DNA of 64,000 bases from Opitutus sp. GAS368. Lineage in GTDB: Bacteria; Verrucomicrobiota; Verrucomicrobiia; Opitutales; Opitutaceae. Both the position numbers and the translations under genes were made by a program. Location of the stretch: assembly GCA_945869845.1 (NCBI GenBank), contig CAMBRG010000005.1, positions 522 through 64,521 on the forward strand. The letters are read 5' to 3'. Of this stretch, positions 26,892-36,467 are shown piece after piece; within the stretch, counting starts at the first letter, position 1, and every line of letters begins with the position of its first letter. The notes under the pieces were generated by a model. It was not told the DNA's origin. It was given only the letters and a program-made list of their open reading frames with translations, and made no database searches.

Positions 26892-28187
26892 TTATTCCGG
26901 GAGCGGCCGCCCCTTGGTTTCTGGTGCGAGCCAGATTACAACTAGTCCAACTACATAGACCAACGTGATGATTGCGCCCGCCCGGGCGTAGCTGCCGTCG
27001 AACACCTTCATGAGTGCCCCCATCTGGATGGCGGCGGCGGCGGCTAGAATCCGTCCGGCGTTGAAGGCTACACCCTGCGCCGTCGCGCGCACGCGAGTGG
27101 GGAAAAGCTCGGGCAGGTAAAGCGGGAGCCAGCCATAGAACGCCGCCGTAGTCGCGCCCACCAAAAATGTCATGGCCAGAAATCCGGAGTTGTAGTGGTC
27201 GAAACCGCGGAAAATCCACGCGCAACTGCCCAGCGAGCCGAGGCAGAGCAGAAAGAACGCGGGACGCCGGCCCAAGCGGCCGCCGATCCAGGCCCCGGCA
27301 AGGCAACCGATGATCGAACCGACCGCCGTCAGCGTTTGCACGAAGGCTTTCGCCCGCGGCTCCCCGGGACCGGCCATCTGGTCCGCCCACAGGGGCAGCC
27401 ACTGCACCGAGCCCCATGAGCCGATCAAGGCGATGCTGGCCAAGAGCGATCCAAGCAAAGTCAGGCGAAGCAGGGGGCGCGAAAGCATTTCTTGAAGCGG
27501 ACGCGCCGGTCCGGCCCGCGCGGCCTCGAGCCAGCGGGGTGACTCCGGCACATAAAGGCGGATGAAAAATGTGAGCAACGCCGGCGCGGCGCCGATCAAC
27601 ATCACCCAACGCCAAGAATCCTGTGTCACCGGAAAGAAGATCCCGATTAGCCCCACGACGGCGAAACCGACGTTGGCTGCCGCTCCGATCACCCCGGCTA
27701 GGAGGGGACGATGTTTCTCCGGCCAGACCTCCATGACCAAGGCCACACCCAGCGACCACTCTCCGCCCATTCCCAGCGCGGCTACGAACCTGAGCGCTCC
27801 GAGTTGCAGCGGGGTCTGGGCAAAATACGTGATCCCCGTGAACAGCGAGTAACAGAGGATTGCCAGGCTCATGGCCCGAACCCGACCGACCCTGTCGCCG
27901 AGCCAACCAAAGACGAGACCGCCGAGCGCAGCGCCGAGCAGGAAAAGCGCCGTAATGATCCCCATCCATTGGCCGATATAGCCATCGCCCACTGTGCCCG
28001 CCGCTTGCTGCATTTCCAGCAGAGCGGGTCGGGCGACCAAAGGGAAAATTCCCATCTCCAAACCGTCGAACATCCAGCCGAGGAAGGCCGCGACAAGAAC
28101 GAGATTTCGCCGGTCGGTCGCGACCGCAACGGGTGGGAGCGGCGAGGGGGAAGCCGGGAGAATTGGAAGGTTAGATTTCGGGGGCAC
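26892..28187 (-). CDS. MFS transporter (paralog of 37630-39009)
   Basis: 431 aa, 12-TM pattern, with motifs GWMFDGLEMG and GWLGDRVGRVRAM. GTG start. Confidence 0.85.
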   Translation of the reverse strand: MPPKSNLPILPASPSPLPPVAVATDRRNLVLVAAFLGWMFDGLEMGIFPLVARPALLEMQQAAGTVGDGYIGQWMGIITALFLLGAALGGLVFGWLGDRVGRVRAMSLAILCYSLFTGITYFAQTPLQLGALRFVAALGMGGEWSLGVALVMEVWPEKHRPLLAGVIGAAANVGFAVVGLIGIFFPVTQDSWRWVMLIGAAPALLTFFIRLYVPESPRWLEAARAGPARPLQEMLSRPLLRLTLLGSLLASIALIGSWGSVQWLPLWADQMAGPGEPRAKAFVQTLTAVGSIIGCLAGAWIGGRLGRRPAFFLLCLGSLGSCAWIFRGFDHYNSGFLAMTFLVGATTAAFYGWLPLYLPELFPTRVRATAQGVAFNAGRILAAAAAIQMGALMKVFDGSYARAGAIITLVYVVGLVVIWLAPETKGRPLPE

Positions 28188-28431
28188 GGCAGCAGTGATT
28201 TTCGGGGAATCGACCAGGCGGGGTTAAAGGCAGAGTCGCCGAAAACAGCGGCGCGCATCGTAAACAGAATCTACAGTGAGGGGGCAGAAATGGGTATCAA
28301 GATCAAAGATCGATGTGATCGATCATTAAGTTATTGACAGCAGATGACGCTAGAATCACCTCAACTGGTGAGCGGTATTCCGGATGCCTCACCTTACCTC
28401 ATCCTCGGGATTCCCCCCCCTTTATCATTCA

Positions 28432-29010
28432 ATGGCACATAAAGTTCTTATAATCGTTGGCGATGCGACCGAGACCGTCGACACGCTGTATCCTTACTAC
28501 CGGCTGCAAGAGGCGGGGTTTATTCCCGTGGTCGCGGCACCCGACAAGCGACGCTACCAAATGGTCCTGCACGAGGTGAAGCCGGGCTGGACGATCACCA
28601 AAGAATGGGAGGGATATACGATCGAGGCGGACATCGCGTTTCGCGACATCAAGCCCGAGGAGTATGTCGGGATATTTTTCAGCGGCGGGCGGGCCCCGGA
28701 ATACATCCGCGACGATCCGGATCTGATCAACATTACCCGTTGGTTCTTTCAACACAACAAACCGATCGCCAGCGTCTGCCACGGCTGCGAAATCCCGGCG
28801 CGCGCCGATTGCATCCGAGGTCGGCGGATCGCGGCCGTGGGCAAATGCCGGTTCGACGTCGAGGTGTGCGGAGGTATTTTTGTGAACGAACCTTGCGTCG
28901 TGGACGGAAATCTCGTCAGCGGTCGCACCTTCCACGACCACGGGAAATACATGGGATCTTGGATGCGCCTGCTCGAAGCCGAACGCCAGCGTCTCGAGGC
29001 GGCGGCTTGA
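28432..29010 (+). CDS. DJ-1/PfpI family protein
   Basis: MAHKVLIIVGDATETVDTLYPYYRLQEAG..., with the nucleophile-elbow cysteine context IASVCHGCEI. Confidence 0.85.
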   Translation: MAHKVLIIVGDATETVDTLYPYYRLQEAGFIPVVAAPDKRRYQMVLHEVKPGWTITKEWEGYTIEADIAFRDIKPEEYVGIFFSGGRAPEYIRDDPDLINITRWFFQHNKPIASVCHGCEIPARADCIRGRRIAAVGKCRFDVEVCGGIFVNEPCVVDGNLVSGRTFHDHGKYMGSWMRLLEAERQRLEAAA

Positions 29011-29048
29011 ATGATCGTCGAAACTCGCAGCCAACTACTGAAATAACG

Positions 29049-29957
29049 ATGACACGGCGCGAATTCATGACGGTCGCGGCGGGTGGAGCCACGGTGGCGG
29101 GTTTGCCAAGGTTGGGCGCGAAGACCGCGCGGAATGACTTCAATCTGGGGTTCAGTCTCTATGGCATGAAAACGCTCCCGCTGGAGCGGGCGTTGGCCGA
29201 ATGCGCGCGGATCGGTTATCGCAACATCGAGCTCGCCCTCATTGCGGGCTTTCCCACGGAGCCGGCGAATCTCACCAAAGAGACACGGACGACGGTGCGG
29301 CGGCAGGTCGCCGCGTCGGGGCTTCCGGTATCAAGCTTACTCATCAATCTCAGTTTGGCCGCCGACGAAAAGGCCCACGCGACCCACCTAGAAAATCTGC
29401 GGATCGCCGCCCTTTTTGCGGCCGAAATCGACCCAGTTAAACCTCCGATCGTGCAAACGGTGATGGGAGGTGCGCCGCAGGACTGGGAGGAGAAAAAAGT
29501 CCTGATGGCGGCGCGTCTGCGCGAGTGGAACGCGATCGGGCGCAGCCATGGGGTTACGGTAGGGGTGAAGGCGCACGTCCAAAGTGCGGTGAATACTCCC
29601 GACAAGTTGCTTTGGATGCTCCAAGAGGCCGGTGGATCGAACCTCGCCGTCGCCTACGACTATAGTCACTACGCGCTCGCCGGGATCTCCCTTGAAGACA
29701 GCCTGCGGCCGCTCGCCTCCCAGATTAAATTCGTGCACATCAAGGATGCACGGCGAGACGGTAACGATGTTCGTTTCTTGCTCCCCGGCGATGGCACGAC
29801 GGACTACGCCGCCTATTTTCAACTGCTCGAGAAATACGGTTATCGCGGCCCAGTGGTGGTCGAAGTAAGCAGCCAAATTTTTAGCCGGCCCGATTACGAT
29901 CCGATTGCCGCCGCCGAGAAAGCGTATGCCGCGCTCACCCGAGCCTTGGAAAAGTAG
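29049..29957 (+). CDS. Tat-exported xylose-isomerase-like TIM-barrel protein (sugar phosphate isomerase/epimerase family)
   Basis: The internal ATG at 29049 gives MTRREFMTVAAGGATVAGLPRLGA, a twin-arginine signal. The body (...ECARIGYRNIELAL...VAYDYSHY...FVHIKD...) fits the AP_endonuc_2/TIM family. Confidence 0.8.
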   Translation: MTRREFMTVAAGGATVAGLPRLGAKTARNDFNLGFSLYGMKTLPLERALAECARIGYRNIELALIAGFPTEPANLTKETRTTVRRQVAASGLPVSSLLINLSLAADEKAHATHLENLRIAALFAAEIDPVKPPIVQTVMGGAPQDWEEKKVLMAARLREWNAIGRSHGVTVGVKAHVQSAVNTPDKLLWMLQEAGGSNLAVAYDYSHYALAGISLEDSLRPLASQIKFVHIKDARRDGNDVRFLLPGDGTTDYAAYFQLLEKYGYRGPVVVEVSSQIFSRPDYDPIAAAEKAYAALTRALEK

Positions 29958-29991
29958 CGTCGCCCACCCCTGTCGTCCCCCATCAAAAATC

Positions 29992-32301
29992 ATGCACATA
30001 CACTCCCAAACCACTCACTCAGTCTTCCGGGCCGTAGGCCTGTTCTTGCTTCCCGTTGCGCTCCTTGCCCAGACCCCTTCGGCGGTGCCCGACCCCGGCG
30101 CAAATCCCGCCGCCGAGAAAATTATTAAGCTGTCTGCGTTCGAAGTCCAAGGTGCCTCGGCAGGCTATGGGGCGCAGTATTCGAGTTCTTCTTCACGTCT
30201 CAATCTGCGTTATATAGACGTCCCTCAATCGGTGGGTGTCGTTACCGCCGAGTTTCTCAACGATGCCTTCGTCTTCGACAGCCGCGAGTTCACGAAATAC
30301 GTGCCCAACGTCCAGCCCCGCTCCAACACGCACCAGCCGGAGATTATGTATATCCGCGGACTGCAAATTTCCAATACCTATGTCGACGGCTATATTGCCC
30401 CGCTAGCGGTCCAACGCGACCGCGGGCTTTACGATCGGATCGAGTATGTAAAAGGACCGGCGTCCGCCGCGATGGGCCGCGGCGAGGCGGGAGGCTTGGT
30501 TAACTTTATTTCGAAATCACCGCTCAATACGAATCGCAACATCGGTGACATTACGCTCGGTTCAGATTCGTTTTACCGAGCTGAGTTTGATCACAACTCG
30601 CGCATCACGCCCAACGGGAGCATGGCTTACCGCATACCCCTTTTCTACGAACAAGGTGATGGCCCGCGCGGCGGAGAATTGATGCGTTCGCGCAAATATG
30701 GCATCGGGCCCTCGTTTCGTTGGGTAATCGGGCCCAAGACCAGCCTGCTGATAAACACATCTTACGCCTACAACCAAAGCGGCGGCCCCGTGGGGGAAGC
30801 CTATTGGCAGAATAATGAACAGTTCCGCCTCCAAGCCTCCTTGGGTCAGATCAATCCCAACAATCCGGCGCAATGGAATCCATTTCGAGGCGATGCTTAC
30901 ATTCCGAAAGAACGCGTCTTCGGCTGGGCCGGCCGGGGACGTGAGAGCGATATCACCACGCTTTCCGCGTTCTTCACCCACAAGTTCAGTGATTCGCTTT
31001 CCATCCGGCAGGGTATCGCGCGTAACGACGTCAAGGAGGAACTCCGGCGCTTCGCGATGTCGCCGACGGCCTTGCGCAACCCCGCCTTTCCTAACGATTT
31101 CCAAGTTGGCCTGAGCTATCTACGGGAGTTTAGGGACATTGATAGCACGCGCGTCCAAGGCGATGTGCTCTATGAGCTCAAATTCGGCTCAACTTCTCAC
31201 CAACTGCTTGCCGGCTACGATGTCGTGCGTGGCAACAACGATACTCGCTCGGGCCAGCAGGGCGGTCTGACCCAGCTTCTGTATAACCCCAACTACACTC
31301 TGCCCGCCGGATTCAATCCGGAAACCTATGTTCAAGTTTATACCACCGACACCAAGAGCAAGAGCGACGGATTCGGCTATTTTTGGCAATACTCCGGCTC
31401 TTTTTTCAACGATAAGCTTAGTGTGATGTATGGCTGGCGGAAGGATAAGAGCGGTATTGAAACGCTCAACCGCCGGACGAACGTCTTGTCCACGCCCGCC
31501 GACCTAACAACCGACGTCCCGCGATACTCGGTCAGCTACAAGCCCGTGGATTGGCTATCCGTCTACTACGTCCATAGCGAGCAGGCCGATCCGCGGGTCA
31601 ATGCGCTCCTTTACGGCAACATTTTGCCCAGTGCCGGAGCGGTCGGCTGGGACCCGAACGATCCGCGGTTGCAGGAGCGCCTCACGTCGCAGGTGAAGGC
31701 CGAGATGGACGAGATCGGGGTGAAAGCGAGCTTGCTCGACAATCAGCTCACTGCGTCCTTTGCGCTCTTCAATATTGTTCGTAACGGATTTATTCTGAAC
31801 GATTTCAAATCTGAGCCAAGCCGTAATGGGGTCGGTTCCGTTTCGTTCAATCGGAACTACATAGCAGACGGCGAAAACGCCCGTGGCTTTGAATTGGAAC
31901 TGAACGGCAAGCTTACAAAACGACTCACTATTCTCACGGGGGCCAACGGTATCACCGGTGAAAAACGCGCCTCCGATGGACGCATCGTGCCAATCGAGGC
32001 GATGATCAACTCTACGATGATCAACGCCCGGTATGATTTACGGGACAACAACCGCAACGGCTTCGAAGTCACCGCCGGCGGAAAGCTGATGTTCAAGGGC
32101 TGGGTCATGGCCCCCGGCACCTACGAGTCTTTCCGTGCCGACCAATACTTGCTCGACGCCGGGGTGAATTACTCGTGGGCCAATGGGCGCTACTCGGTGC
32201 GCTTGCGCTGCAATAACATCATGAACGATCTCGTGTTCATCTCGGGAAACTCGCAATATGCACTGCGCCGGTTCTTCATCTCGGTGCCGATTCGATTTTA
32301 G
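29992..32301 (+). CDS. TonB-dependent receptor
   Basis: Signal peptide MHIHSQTTHSVFRAVGLFLLPVALLAQTP, a plug region (IDVPQSVGVVTAEFLND), a long beta-barrel, and a terminal aromatic residue (...ISVPIRF). Confidence 0.85.
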   Translation: MHIHSQTTHSVFRAVGLFLLPVALLAQTPSAVPDPGANPAAEKIIKLSAFEVQGASAGYGAQYSSSSSRLNLRYIDVPQSVGVVTAEFLNDAFVFDSREFTKYVPNVQPRSNTHQPEIMYIRGLQISNTYVDGYIAPLAVQRDRGLYDRIEYVKGPASAAMGRGEAGGLVNFISKSPLNTNRNIGDITLGSDSFYRAEFDHNSRITPNGSMAYRIPLFYEQGDGPRGGELMRSRKYGIGPSFRWVIGPKTSLLINTSYAYNQSGGPVGEAYWQNNEQFRLQASLGQINPNNPAQWNPFRGDAYIPKERVFGWAGRGRESDITTLSAFFTHKFSDSLSIRQGIARNDVKEELRRFAMSPTALRNPAFPNDFQVGLSYLREFRDIDSTRVQGDVLYELKFGSTSHQLLAGYDVVRGNNDTRSGQQGGLTQLLYNPNYTLPAGFNPETYVQVYTTDTKSKSDGFGYFWQYSGSFFNDKLSVMYGWRKDKSGIETLNRRTNVLSTPADLTTDVPRYSVSYKPVDWLSVYYVHSEQADPRVNALLYGNILPSAGAVGWDPNDPRLQERLTSQVKAEMDEIGVKASLLDNQLTASFALFNIVRNGFILNDFKSEPSRNGVGSVSFNRNYIADGENARGFELELNGKLTKRLTILTGANGITGEKRASDGRIVPIEAMINSTMINARYDLRDNNRNGFEVTAGGKLMFKGWVMAPGTYESFRADQYLLDAGVNYSWANGRYSVRLRCNNIMNDLVFISGNSQYALRRFFISVPIRF

Positions 32302-32312
32302 TCCGTCCATCC

Positions 32313-35300
32313 ATGGTCGCCCGCTGTCCTTGGTCGCTTGTCAGTTGGGTCGTCTGGATGGGAGTGGGAGTCGTGGGCACGGCATTCGCCGCAGACGGCG
32401 GACGCTCGGTCAACCCTCAGTTGACGGGCGAGCCGCTTCCGGCGCGGGAAGCAGTTGGCCGTCTGCACGCGCCGCTCGGATTTAAGATCACGCTCGCGGC
32501 CTCGGAACCCGACGTCCAACAGCCCATCGCGATCGCTTACGATGATCGCGGCCGGCTCTGGGTGGCGGAATGCTACTCCTACGCGGGCTCCAATTTCACC
32601 GACGAGAAGCGGGATCGAATTTTGATCTTCGAAGATACGGACGGCGACGGGATTTTTGATTCGCGGAAAGTCTTTCACGACCGCCTGAACCGGCTGACCG
32701 GCCTAGCGATCGGATTCGGCGGCGTCTGGGTGACCACTGCGCCGACGCTGTCGTTTATTCCAGATCGCAACGGTGACGATGTTCCCGACGGCGAGCCGCT
32801 CGCGCTCCTCGATGGCTGGACGACAAATGCCGAGCATAACACCGTGAACGGTCTGTCCTGGGGTCCCGATGGTTGGCTCTACGGGCGCCACGGCATCAAG
32901 AGCCCGTCGTTAGTTGGGTTACCTGGCGCTTCCACTTCCGGGCGCATCGAGGTGAGCTGCGGCATCTGGCGGTTTCACCCGACTCGGCGCGTATTCGAAG
33001 CAGTCGCCGACGGCACGATCAACCCGTGGGGGTTGGATTTCGACGACTACGGGCAGGGTTTTGTCAGCACCAGTGTCGTCGACCATTTCTGGCACTTGGT
33101 GCCGGGTGCGCGCTGGGAACGATGGAAAGATCGCGGCGGGCACCCGGATCCCTATAGCTACGAGTTGATGTCGCCTGCGAGCGACCATCTGCATTGGAGC
33201 GGCGGAATGTGGGATAAGAACGGCCGGATTGCCGGCACCAACGACCAACTTGGTGGCGGCCATTCGCACAGTGCCGCCATGATTTACCTCGGTGACCGGT
33301 GGCCACAGGAGTTTCGCGGCACCGTTCTCATGAGCAACATCCATGGCCGCCGCATCAATCGCGATGCGATCAGTCGGCGGGCGGGCACCGGCTCCTATGT
33401 GGCAACGCACCGGCCCGACTTTCTAACCGTCGACGATCCTTGGTTCCGAGCGATCTCGCTCCAATATGGACCCGATGGCGATGTTGTGATGACCGATTGG
33501 GCGGATTTCGGTGAATGCCACGACCGAGATGGCGTCCACCGGTCGAGCGGACGGATCTACAAAATTTCCTGGGGTGCTCCTCGCAAGGTGGACGTTAATC
33601 TCGGCCGGGAATCCGATGCCGCGCTCGTTTCTCTTCAACTCCATCGGAACGATTGGTTTGTTCGGCACGCTCGCCGATTGCTTCAGGAACGCGCGGCCGT
33701 CGGAGCCGACATGACGGCGGCGCACGCCGCACTCCGCCAGATCTTCGAAGAGAACTCAGAAGTCACCCGAAAGCTGCGCGCGTTGTGGGCGCTGCACGTA
33801 TCGGGCGGAGCCGATTCGGTTTGGTTAGGCGAGCGGTTGACCCACCCGGACGAGCATATTCGTCACTGGGCGGTGCGGCTGTTGATGGAAAAAGAAGACG
33901 GCTTAAAGCAGGCGGAACCGTTGGCGAGACTCGCCGCCGAAGAGTCTTCCTGGCTGGTGCGCTTGGCGCTGTCGTCGGCTCTCCAGCGTCTCGCGCCGGG
34001 AAGCCGCATCAATTTGGCCCGGGCGCTGATCGCGCGCAGCTCGACCGATATCGATCCGAACTTGGCGCGAATGATCTGGTATGGATTGCAACCAGAGATC
34101 GCGTTGAACCCGGCGGTCAACGGGCCGGTCGGCTTGGACAGTCGCGTTCCGCTGCTTCGCCGCTTCACTGCGCGGCGGCTGGCCGCAGCGATGGCGAAAG
34201 ACGCGGCGGCGGGTGGGGCGTTGTTTGCCGGCCTCAAGTCGGCCAAGGATGAAGACGCCGTTATAGACTTGCTCACCGGCACTTCGGAGGGCCTCAAGGG
34301 CGCGGGCCGAGTGCTAGCTCCCGACGGAGCGCAAGAGCGATTGAGGCAGTTGATGAGAACCGGCGAACCGGGGGTTCGGCGCCCGGCAAATTTACTCGCC
34401 GCGACTTTGGGGGATTCGGAAGCCATCGAAGCGTTGCGTCGTGAAATCAACGACCCCAATGGGGTGCCCGCACTTCGGAAGGAATCATTGAGGAAGCTAA
34501 CCGAGATTCGGCCGAGTTGGTTGCTCGACGACTTGCTTGGTTTGCTCCGCACCGGACAGATCGCGGAGTCGGTCCTTCAGGCGTTATCGGGTTATGGCGA
34601 TCGGCGCGTGCCCGATGCGATTTTCGCCGCAGTTTCGGTTCTGAAACCGGCGGAAATGATCGTCGCGATTGAAACCCTCGCTTCGCGCGCCGATTTCGCG
34701 CGAAAGCTCCTCGACCAGATCTCGCTGGGGAAAATCGACCGAAAGGCGATATCTCCAAGTCAAGCCCGGCAGATTTCTCGATTGGGGGACCCCGCGCTGA
34801 CAGCGCAGTTGGATAAAGTGTGGGGCGCGGTAGGTCGTTCCGCCGCAGTGACGGCGACCACGATTACGCGGCTCAAGCATCAACTGGCTCCCGCCGTTTT
34901 GGCGGAGGCAAATCTGACCAACGGTGCGGCGCTCTTCGAGCAGCGCTGCGCGGTATGTCACCGATTGTTCGGACAGGGCCAGAATATCGGCCCCGATCTT
35001 ACGGGTTCGGGGCGCAAGGATCTCGATTACCTGTTGCTCAATATCATCGATCCCAACGCCTCCGTCCCGGCGGACTATCGAATCACCGTGATAACTCTGC
35101 ATGATGGCCGCGTGCTCACGGGTTCGATCCTGAGCGAGACAGCGGAGGTGGTGACGCTCCAGCTGTCGAACGCCGAGACGAAGCTGAATCGTGCTGAGGT
35201 AAAAACAGTCGAGCGTTTGCCGATGTCTCTCATGCCGGCGGGCTTGTTGGAGTCGATGACCGCGACGGAACTCAGGGATTTTATTGGGTATCTCATTTCG

Positions 35301-35333
35301 GATCCCTCGCCTTCGGGCGGGCAGACGCCTTGA
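32313..35333 (+). CDS. PVC-type membrane-bound-dehydrogenase-like beta-propeller / HEAT repeat / haem c fusion protein
   Basis: N-terminal region FKITLAASEPDVQQPIAIAYDDRGRLWVAECYSY, characteristic of the Pirellula/Verrucomicrobium putative dehydrogenase domain. Central HEAT-like helical repeats. C-terminal haem site CAVCHRLFGQGQNIGPDLTG. Confidence 0.8.
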   Translation: MVARCPWSLVSWVVWMGVGVVGTAFAADGGRSVNPQLTGEPLPAREAVGRLHAPLGFKITLAASEPDVQQPIAIAYDDRGRLWVAECYSYAGSNFTDEKRDRILIFEDTDGDGIFDSRKVFHDRLNRLTGLAIGFGGVWVTTAPTLSFIPDRNGDDVPDGEPLALLDGWTTNAEHNTVNGLSWGPDGWLYGRHGIKSPSLVGLPGASTSGRIEVSCGIWRFHPTRRVFEAVADGTINPWGLDFDDYGQGFVSTSVVDHFWHLVPGARWERWKDRGGHPDPYSYELMSPASDHLHWSGGMWDKNGRIAGTNDQLGGGHSHSAAMIYLGDRWPQEFRGTVLMSNIHGRRINRDAISRRAGTGSYVATHRPDFLTVDDPWFRAISLQYGPDGDVVMTDWADFGECHDRDGVHRSSGRIYKISWGAPRKVDVNLGRESDAALVSLQLHRNDWFVRHARRLLQERAAVGADMTAAHAALRQIFEENSEVTRKLRALWALHVSGGADSVWLGERLTHPDEHIRHWAVRLLMEKEDGLKQAEPLARLAAEESSWLVRLALSSALQRLAPGSRINLARALIARSSTDIDPNLARMIWYGLQPEIALNPAVNGPVGLDSRVPLLRRFTARRLAAAMAKDAAAGGALFAGLKSAKDEDAVIDLLTGTSEGLKGAGRVLAPDGAQERLRQLMRTGEPGVRRPANLLAATLGDSEAIEALRREINDPNGVPALRKESLRKLTEIRPSWLLDDLLGLLRTGQIAESVLQALSGYGDRRVPDAIFAAVSVLKPAEMIVAIETLASRADFARKLLDQISLGKIDRKAISPSQARQISRLGDPALTAQLDKVWGAVGRSAAVTATTITRLKHQLAPAVLAEANLTNGAALFEQRCAVCHRLFGQGQNIGPDLTGSGRKDLDYLLLNIIDPNASVPADYRITVITLHDGRVLTGSILSETAEVVTLQLSNAETKLNRAEVKTVERLPMSLMPAGLLESMTATELRDFIGYLISDPSPSGGQTP

Positions 35334-35443
35334 ATCGAGCCTCGGTTCGTTACGGCCAATAACGCTCTGGCAATTTGAACCGACTGGACAAAAGGTTTTC
35401 TACGACTCCGGTTCCATTCAACGCGGAGCCCAGTTTTTAATCC

Positions 35444-36127
35444 ATGATACCGGCAGACACATTTCAAACGAAGTCCTCGCAAATTTACGCCGCGATCAAG
35501 GCGGACATCACTTCAGGCGCCTACAAACCGGGAACTCACTTGGTGCGGCGAGAAATGATCAAACGGTTCGGCGTGAGCCTCTCCATTGTGAACGAGGCGC
35601 TCGGCCGGCTTGGCAATGACGGTTTGGTCGAGACCAAAGAAATGTATGGCACGCGCGTGATCGCCCTCAGCACTGAAATGCTCCGGGATGAGTTTGTTTT
35701 GCGCGAGGCAATCGAACGACACGTGGTACGCCTGCTTGCGGAGCACGGCTCCGATGAAGTTTTCGAGCAGTTGCTTGAAAGGGCCCGGATGTTGGATGGC
35801 TGGATTGCGGCCAAGGGTTACGACGAAGAGGAGGGTAAGATGATGCACTTGGAATTTCACCTCGGCCTGGTGCGAGCCACGGGCTACGCCTCCCTGGAGG
35901 AAACTCTAAAGAGATCTAGCACGAGGGTGCTGCTAACTACCCGGTGGATCAAAAGCCAACGAGTTCCGCATCCAGTGGATTTTCACGAGCAACTGGTCCG
36001 CTCCTTCATGACCCGTGATCCGATGAAAGCGGATCGGGAGATGCGGAGCCATCTGCACTACACGGTCGATGCGATTGAAGCGGCGACGCGTGCTTTGAAT
36101 TCTTCAATCGTAGCTGGAGGAAGATAA
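35444..36127 (+). CDS. GntR-family transcriptional regulator (FadR/FCD subfamily)
   Basis: N-terminal winged HTH (YAAIKADITSGAYKPGTHLVRREMIKRFGVSLSIVNEALGRLGNDGLV) followed by an all-helical C-terminal domain. Confidence 0.85.
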   Translation: MIPADTFQTKSSQIYAAIKADITSGAYKPGTHLVRREMIKRFGVSLSIVNEALGRLGNDGLVETKEMYGTRVIALSTEMLRDEFVLREAIERHVVRLLAEHGSDEVFEQLLERARMLDGWIAAKGYDEEEGKMMHLEFHLGLVRATGYASLEETLKRSSTRVLLTTRWIKSQRVPHPVDFHEQLVRSFMTRDPMKADREMRSHLHYTVDAIEAATRALNSSIVAGGR

Positions 36128-36308
36128 GGAGCGGTTGGGTCCAAAAGGGATAGAAATTAGGGCAGCTGGGTTCGGTCGGCAGAGCATGAGCGCTACGAGG
36201 GCGTGGTGTTTGATAATTCGAGCGACGGCTAAGCCCCGTCGCGGGAATCTTCTCCCAGTAACTTCACGTCTGCAAACCCGCGGAGATGTTTCACTATGAA
36301 CCCCGCGG

Positions 36309-36400
36309 TTTGATTCGCTTCAATAGTTCGCATCCATGGCGGTTGAAGCGAGTGGAGCGAATTGATGACGATATACCCGGTCTCCGCCCCAGCATGGGAC
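36309..36400 (+). repeat. partial copy (copy D) of the att-like arm; no tRNA core
   Basis: TTTGATTCGCTTCAATAGTTCGCATCCATGGCGGTTGAAGCGAGTGGAGCGAATTGATGACGA... aligns with the first ~95 bp of copies B and C and then diverges. Confidence 0.75.
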
Positions 36401-36467
36401 CCGCTGATCAGAGAGACGCCCGTTTTTCGTCCAAAGAACGGCTTTCTGTATCAAGTACTGCTCGGAA

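Noticed and set aside
26824-27969. 381-aa ORF on the minus strand overlapping the MFS gene in another frame
   Set aside because: The translation is Arg/Gly/Pro-rich. The overlapping frame (26892-28187) encodes a coherent 12-TM transporter with a close paralog at 37630-39009.
28334-28356. TTGACA ... TAGAAT as a sigma70 promoter for the DJ-1 operon
   Set aside because: The two hexamers are separated by only 11 nt, far from the 16-18 nt needed, so they are not called as a promoter.
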